Assembly: GCA_041653755.1 (NCBI GenBank)
Contig: JBAZEU010000001.1
Location: 129,398-193,397 of the forward strand
Length of the DNA stretch: 64,000 nt
DNA from: Minisyncoccota bacterium
Lineage (GTDB): Bacteria; Patescibacteriota; Minisyncoccia; UBA6257; UBA9933
Direction: 5' to 3'
Shown: positions 59,022 through 64,000 of the stretch, in pieces
How positions within the stretch are numbered: position 1 is the stretch's first letter
Layout: each line of letters starts with the position of its first letter
The notes under the pieces: model-generated
The model's database searches: none
What the model saw: only the letters and a program-made list of their open reading frames with translations
What the model was told of the DNA's origin: nothing
Translations under genes and position numbers: made by a program

Positions 59022-59434
59022 GTTAATTAAGAATTAAGAATGCAGAATTAAGAAAGATTATGGAAAAGGAAATTTATAAAAGATCCTGCGATTTTGCTAT
59101 TTCAGTGATAAGATTTTTGAAGAAAATTAACATAGATTCGGCAAATAGGGTAATAGCAGAGCAGCTAATTAGATCAATAACTTCAATATCGGCTAATCTT
59201 GCAGAAGGAAGCGCAGCTGTTTCTAAGAAAGAATTTATTAACTATGTCGGTATCGCAAGAAAATCGGCGGTGGAAACAGTGCATTGGCTGAAATTTTCGC
59301 ATCAAATTATTAATAGGGAAGAGATCAAGGAATTTATAAACGAAGGTAGTCAGATAGTAAGCATTTTATCAAAAATAGTTATTAATTCTAAAAACCGCTA
59401 ATTCTGAATTCTTAATTTTGAATTCTTAATTAGC
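59022..59434 (+). mobile_element. four-helix-bundle cassette 1 with inverted AATTAAG-type heptamer arms
   Basis: Left AATTAAG AATTAAG AATGCAG AATTAAG; right AATTCTG AATTCTT AATTTTG AATTCTT AATT; mobility is inferred. Confidence 0.65.
59060..59401 (+). CDS. four helix bundle protein (23S rRNA IVS protein-like)
   Basis: QLIRS.TSI.AN.AEG...S.KEF......ARKS..ET..WL family signature. Confidence 0.9.
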   Translation: MEKEIYKRSCDFAISVIRFLKKINIDSANRVIAEQLIRSITSISANLAEGSAAVSKKEFINYVGIARKSAVETVHWLKFSHQIINREEIKEFINEGSQIVSILSKIVINSKNR

Positions 59435-59450
59435 AAAATTATATTTTGCT

Positions 59451-60578
59451 ATGAAGGATTATTACAAGGTTCTTGGCGTTGATAAAAATTCTTCGCCAGA
59501 AGATATAAAAAAGGCCTATCGAAAATTGGCTCATCAGTTTCATCCGCATAAAGCCGGTAAAGATGAGAAAAAATTTAAAGAGTTAAACGAAAAACTCAAG
59601 GAAATAAACGAGGCCTATAATATTCTTTCTAACGCCGAGAAAAAAGCGCAATATGACAAATTCGGACAGGTCTTTTCCGCCCAAGGCGGACCAGCCTCGG
59701 GCTGGGAAGGCGTACCATTTTCTGATTTTGGTTTTTCCGCCGATGGCGGATTTGATGTCGGAGGAGTATCTGATTTAGGCGATATTTTCAACGCTATTTT
59801 TGAAGGAATGGGCGTTAGGCAGAAAAGACGAACCTATAAACGCGGTTCAGATCTGGAATTTACGCAGGAAGTTTCCTTAGAGGAATCATTCAGGGGCATT
59901 GAAAAAACTTTAAAATTTAAAACATTTTTGAAATGCAGCAAATGCAAAGGCAAGGGCCACGACGAAAAAGCCGGTTTTGAAAAATGTACGGTTTGCGGCG
60001 GCAGAGGGGAAATTAGGGAAACAAAAAATACTTTTTTTGGAAGTTTTGCCCAGGTAAAGACGTGTGAAAAATGTTTTGGCACAGGACAAGTTCCGAATAA
60101 AGTTTGCGAAATCTGCAAAGGAGCCGGAAGAATCGCCGGAGAAAGAGAAGTAAAAATTCAAATTCTTCCGGGCGTCAGAGACGGACAACTTATCAAAATT
60201 GCTGGAATGGGTGAAGCCGGTGAAAGACAAACCGCAGAAGGAGATTTGTATGTTAGAATTAAAGTCAGACCGCATTCGGTTTTTGAAAGAGCAGGGGATA
60301 ATTTAAAAATTAAAAAAGACGTTAAGTTGGTTGATTTATTATTATCAAAAAAGTTAGAGATTCCAACTATTTCTGGAAACAAGCTGTCTATTGAAATTCC
60401 GGCTGGATTTGATATAAAACAAGATTTGAGGATAGGCGGAGAAGGAATGCCAATTTTTGGAAGTTATGGAAGAGGGGATTTGTTGGTTGAGTTGATGGTA
60501 AAGACGCCGAGAAAATTAAACGAAAAAACAAAGAAGATTCTAGAAGATCTTGGAAAAACAATGGACAATGAACGATAA
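59451..60578 (+). CDS. dnaJ: chaperone DnaJ (HPD motif altered to HPH)
   Basis: KDYY.VLGV J-domain, four CxxCxGxG repeats, G/F region. Confidence 0.94.
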   Translation: MKDYYKVLGVDKNSSPEDIKKAYRKLAHQFHPHKAGKDEKKFKELNEKLKEINEAYNILSNAEKKAQYDKFGQVFSAQGGPASGWEGVPFSDFGFSADGGFDVGGVSDLGDIFNAIFEGMGVRQKRRTYKRGSDLEFTQEVSLEESFRGIEKTLKFKTFLKCSKCKGKGHDEKAGFEKCTVCGGRGEIRETKNTFFGSFAQVKTCEKCFGTGQVPNKVCEICKGAGRIAGEREVKIQILPGVRDGQLIKIAGMGEAGERQTAEGDLYVRIKVRPHSVFERAGDNLKIKKDVKLVDLLLSKKLEIPTISGNKLSIEIPAGFDIKQDLRIGGEGMPIFGSYGRGDLLVELMVKTPRKLNEKTKKILEDLGKTMDNER

Positions 60579-60996
60579 ACTATGAACAAAGCGATTTTCA
60601 GATTTTTAGAGTGGCAAGTATATAAAGATGCAAAGAGTTTTAGACAAAAGGTAAAATCTTTAATTAATAAGAAATTCCCAAAGGAAGAAAGGTATAAACT
60701 TATTGATCAGATAGAAAGAGCTGCAAATTCAGTATGTTTGAATATTGCTGAAGGATCTAATAAACTTTCCGATATTGAATTAAGCCATTATCTTAATATC
60801 GCTTCTACTTCTATAGAGGAAGTTATTTCTGGGCTTGATTTGGCTAAAGATGATGGTTATATTACAGAAAAGGAATTTGAAGATTTTTGTCAGATGGCAG
60901 AAGAAGTTAGTAAACAACTTGTCGCCTTCGGCAAATTTGCACGCAATAGATAGAAGTAGTTTGTTTCGTGTTCATCGTTCATCGTTTATATAGTTT
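60556..60996 (+). mobile_element. four-helix-bundle cassette 2 with inverted GAACGAT-type heptamer arms
   Basis: Left AAACAAT GGACAAT GAACGAT AAACTAT GAACAAA; right TTTGTTT CGTGTTC ATCGTTC ATCGTTT..ATAGTTT; mobility is inferred. Confidence 0.6.
60582..60953 (+). CDS. four helix bundle protein (23S rRNA IVS protein-like)
   Basis: FPKEERY.L.DQI.RAA.SV..NIAEG....YL.IA..S..E.......A...GYI signature. Confidence 0.92.
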   Translation: MNKAIFRFLEWQVYKDAKSFRQKVKSLINKKFPKEERYKLIDQIERAANSVCLNIAEGSNKLSDIELSHYLNIASTSIEEVISGLDLAKDDGYITEKEFEDFCQMAEEVSKQLVAFGKFARNR

Positions 60997-61011
60997 TTGG
61001 TCGTAAAAAAC

Positions 61012-61084
61012 GCCCCGTTAGCTCAGTTGGTAGAGCAGCTCCCTTTTAAGGAGAAGGTCGAAGGTTCGAATCCTTCACGGGGTA
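61012..61084 (+). tRNA. tRNA-Lys(TTT)
   Basis: Acceptor GCCCCGT/ACGGGGT, anticodon loop CT-TTT-AA, T-loop TTCGAAT. Confidence 0.94.
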
Positions 61085-61171
61085 CAAGGTCTGTAAAATA
61101 GTACACAAGAGCAGGTTTACCAGTCTTGGACCATCCTTGTTAAATTTTTGTAAATCTATATAATTATAAGT

Positions 61172-61555
61172 ATGAAATATAATTTTGCTCTTTTGTGTGA
61201 TAATGCTTTTATCCCTAGTCAGGGAGGTAAGCCTAATTTTACGGGTGTTTTTGGCGGTATAACAGCGTCTTTAGCTCCTGCCGTACAAAAGGATCTCTAT
61301 ATTGTTTTCAATTTTTCTCCAGAAGACGTAGAGCTTCATAAATTGGTCATAAGCATAAAGTCTCCTTCAAAAGGAGAGATTTATACTTACGAGGTTAAGC
61401 TTGGACCAGCAATTAGCAAAAATGAAGCGCTAGGCCATATTCTCCGTGTCTCTAATTTGAAACTAGAGGAAATCGGGGTTCATTCTATAGATTTTCTTAT
61501 CGATGGCAATTTATTACATACCTTAGATTTTAATTTTTCGGTTAATAAAAAATAG
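61172..61555 (+). CDS. hypothetical beta-rich protein (DUF6941-like)
   Basis: ALLCD.A....GK....GVF N-terminus. Confidence 0.6.
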   Translation: MKYNFALLCDNAFIPSQGGKPNFTGVFGGITASLAPAVQKDLYIVFNFSPEDVELHKLVISIKSPSKGEIYTYEVKLGPAISKNEALGHILRVSNLKLEEIGVHSIDFLIDGNLLHTLDFNFSVNKK

Positions 61556-61568
61556 AAACTAATCAAAA

Positions 61569-61769
61569 ATGACAAACACAATAGCAGCCCTAAAATTTGA
61601 ATTAGTGGAGTGTAGGTCTTCTAGTTCAACAAAGTTAGGCGAAACGAGTGATACTTATGGCAATTTTAGTGATGACTTTACGCCATTTTTGTTGCTCGGA
61701 GCGCAAGATATCTTGGATGAAATAGGGCCTATTTCAAAAGAAGATTATGATTATTACGAGAATTTATAA
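61569..61769 (+). CDS. small acidic protein, candidate antitoxin
   Basis: Its stop overlaps the toxin start (TAATG); acidic C-terminus. Confidence 0.5.
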   Translation: MTNTIAALKFELVECRSSSSTKLGETSDTYGNFSDDFTPFLLLGAQDILDEIGPISKEDYDYYENL

Positions 61770-62122
61770 TGCAGAAAGGGGATCTAAAATTCGGAGATAT
61801 AGCTTGGACAGATTTTGATCCGAGTATCGGTCATGAATTCCAGGGGAGGAGGCCAGCGTTAATTATTGAATCAGATATTCAACTTAACAAATCAAATCTC
61901 GTTACAGTCGTGCCGATTACTGGGAATACACAGAACAATTTGTTAACTGATGATATTTTAATTTTCACTGACGCATGTAACAATCTTAGAAACAATTCTG
62001 TGATTAAAATGTATTGTATAACATCATTTGACTACCTTCGTTTCCGTAAAAAAATTGGGAAGATTAATGCTGCAACTTCAACGAAAGTAAAATTTTATCT
62101 CCGAAAACATTTTGATCTATAA
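61769..62122 (+). CDS. PemK/MazF family toxin
   Basis: GDI.W.DFDPS.GHE..G.RPALI......VVPIT. Confidence 0.9.
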   Translation: MQKGDLKFGDIAWTDFDPSIGHEFQGRRPALIIESDIQLNKSNLVTVVPITGNTQNNLLTDDILIFTDACNNLRNNSVIKMYCITSFDYLRFRKKIGKINAATSTKVKFYLRKHFDL

Positions 62123-62346
62123 AAAAGTATTATTTCGATAGAATTTCTGAGTAAGTTTGTCTCAAATTTTATAAATTCAAGCCATACTGGATTGTAACCG
62201 TCGCCAAGTTTTCAATTCTTCTATCATCCGGTTCCAATCAAGTCGCAAGTGAGGTACAAGGTCTGTAAAATAGCACACAAGAGCAGGTTTACCAGTCTTG
62301 ACAATGAAGTTAACAAAAATCGCCAACGAGGCGGTTTTTTGGTAGA

Positions 62347-63066
62347 ATGAAACCTATGAAATCTACTCACGTAAAATTTGTTATTGACAAAAAATTAGAC
62401 ATAGAAAATCATCTGATTGGTTTAAGGTCTTACAAACAGAAGCTTCATTCTTATTATAACCAAAAAAAGAATAGTAAGAATGAAAGATACGAAAAGCTAT
62501 TAAAGCTTTCAGGCAAAAAAAGAAAAGATTTTATTAGAAAAGAACTAGTTGATGTTTATTCTCCTAAAAACAAAAAGAAGCTCGAAGAAATAAAAAATGA
62601 CGCACAAAAATATTGGGATAAAATCGAGAAAGACTTTTTTTCGAGGATCCAAAAGGTTTTTGGAAAACCATTCCCTTATCAAACGGTTAGAGGCGTTTTT
62701 TCAACAGCTAACAGGTTTGGCTATAACACGGGTAAGAGATGGTTCGCTACCAGTATAGATAGAAATAAGTTTTTTGCCATTGAAACAGCAATGCATGAAT
62801 TAACTCATTTTGTTTTTCATTATTATTTTTGGAAACAATGCGAAAAATACGGATTGAGCTGGAAACAAATCTGGAATATAAAAGAAGCATTTACTGTTCT
62901 ATTAAACTTAGAATTTGCCGATCTTAGATTGAGGTTGGATTATGGTTATCCAGAACACAAAGAAATAAGAAATTTTATAGCTAAAGAATGGAAAAAGGAT
63001 AAAAACTTTGAAAAAGTTTTAGATAAGACCTGTAAATTTGTCGCAAGTAATAAAAATAATAGATGA
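62347..63066 (+). CDS. hypothetical protein with HExxH motif (possible zinc metallopeptidase)
   Basis: MHELTH plus downstream E; true start may be ATG 62356. Confidence 0.6.
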   Translation: MKPMKSTHVKFVIDKKLDIENHLIGLRSYKQKLHSYYNQKKNSKNERYEKLLKLSGKKRKDFIRKELVDVYSPKNKKKLEEIKNDAQKYWDKIEKDFFSRIQKVFGKPFPYQTVRGVFSTANRFGYNTGKRWFATSIDRNKFFAIETAMHELTHFVFHYYFWKQCEKYGLSWKQIWNIKEAFTVLLNLEFADLRLRLDYGYPEHKEIRNFIAKEWKKDKNFEKVLDKTCKFVASNKNNR

Positions 63067-63207
63067 ATAGTTTCTAACGTCGTCCAGCCAGCGGTACGGA
63101 GTTCTGAAGGGTTTTAACTAAGATTGACGAAATAAAGCGTCTATTGTAGAGTAGCGATAGCTAAAAACTATCGTAGTTTTGTTTCACAACTAAAAAAGGA
63201 GAAGAAG

Positions 63208-63498
63208 ATGTCAACCAAGATTGATAATGCTCAGCTTACATTGGATCTTTTGAAAAATCTTTCAAAAGAGGAATTGAATCAAATTATGGCCCAAGCTGAA
63301 TTAAATTTTCTGGAGAAAAGAATTGTCTGGCTAAGGATTGGTTTAGAAGATAAAATTCCTCGCTCTTTTAAAGAAATAACCAAAGAAATTGGCCTTGGCA
63401 TGGAAACAATTTTTAAGATTGAAATGAAGACCTTGAGAAAAATAAGAACATCTCTAATCTCAGAAAGGAACCAAAATAAGGATATTGAGAAAAATTAA
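63208..63498 (+). CDS. stand-alone sigma70 region-4-like HTH protein
   Basis: L...EK.IV.LRIGL....SFKEI....G...E....IE.K.LRKIR resembles region 4 of the RpoD in this window; AGGAG SD. Confidence 0.7.
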   Translation: MSTKIDNAQLTLDLLKNLSKEELNQIMAQAELNFLEKRIVWLRIGLEDKIPRSFKEITKEIGLGMETIFKIEMKTLRKIRTSLISERNQNKDIEKN

Positions 63499-63517
63499 GA
63501 AAACAAAAGGGGATATT

Positions 63518-63991
63518 ATGAAAAAAGTGGCATTCTTGGACAGAGATGGGGCGTTGATCTATGAACCGCAAGATACGTTTCAAGTTGATTCAGTTGACCA
63601 ACTAAAAATTTTGCCTGGCGTTGTAGAGAATCTTCAGCGTCTGCAACGACTCGGGTATCAACTGGTGATGGTCACTAATCAAGATGGTCTCGGAACTTCA
63701 AGTAATCCTCAGAAAAATTTTGAAGCTGTGCAAAATAAGCTCTTTGAGCTTTTGCAACAACACGGCATCAAACTTGATCAGGTATTTGTCTGCCCACATT
63801 TTCCTCAGGATAACTGTCTGTGTCGTAAACCAAAAACGGGACTCGTTGCAGGTTCCCTGGAAGAAGAGCCGATAGACCACGATGCGTCTCTTATGGTGGG
63901 GGATCGAGAAACAGATCGTCAATTTGCTAAGAATATCGGGGTTCGATTCTTGAAGATGGAAACGAACGGACACTTTCCCAATGTTGTTTAG
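63518..63991 (+). CDS. HAD-IIIA phosphatase (histidinol-phosphatase/HisB-N-like)
   Basis: FLDRDG, VTNQDG, CPH...C.CRKP.TG, MVGDR..D. Confidence 0.85.
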   Translation: MKKVAFLDRDGALIYEPQDTFQVDSVDQLKILPGVVENLQRLQRLGYQLVMVTNQDGLGTSSNPQKNFEAVQNKLFELLQQHGIKLDQVFVCPHFPQDNCLCRKPKTGLVAGSLEEEPIDHDASLMVGDRETDRQFAKNIGVRFLKMETNGHFPNVV

Positions 63992-64000
63992 AGAATATTC

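Larger units (their letters stand above)
61081..62300 (+). mobile_element. tRNA-Lys-linked islet bounded by 48-bp direct repeats
   Basis: 61081-61128 and 62253-62300 are 47/48 identical. Confidence 0.7.

Noticed and set aside
59060-60953. Diversity-generating retroelement suggested by the Avd-like fold
   Set aside because: No reverse transcriptase and no TR/VR pair with adenine-specific mismatches seen in the window.
61081-62300. CRISPR array
   Set aside because: Only two repeat copies about 1.1 kb apart; no spacers or cas genes.

Overview
AT-rich bacterial chromosome segment in standard code 11. Gene content and protein style fit Patescibacteria/CPR, probably Parcubacteria (inference). It is mostly housekeeping: dnaG-rpoD-alaS, infA-rpmJ-rpsMKD-rpoA-rplQ-rplM-rpsI-trxB-gatB, miaA, thrS, dnaE, rnhB, groES/EL, rplJL, mraZ-rsmH-ftsL-ftsI-murF, corA-cysS-dnaB-recR, grpE-dnaK-dnaJ and 7 tRNAs, plus surface proteins and small accessory islets. 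The strongest unexplained signal is a family of hairpin-forming elements. (i) Two four-helix-bundle (23S-IVS-protein-like) genes flank dnaJ, each bracketed by its own inverted array of 7-nt repeats. (ii) Gene-less copies of such inverted heptamer arrays sit at the rplJ/rplL and cysS/dnaB junctions and supply the upstream stop codon. (iii) In-frame heptamer arrays and short GC-rich palindromes are translated inside rnhB, miaA, cysS, gatB, rpsI, recR and dnaJ, some nested and apparently frame-corrected. (iv) A GIY-YIG gene inside a 20-bp inverted repeat lies between the L10 leader and rplJ. Separately, DnaJ has HPH instead of HPD while DnaK has Leu at the partner Arg167 position, and RpoA lacks its C-terminal domain. 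No database searches were run; family calls are by motif recognition.
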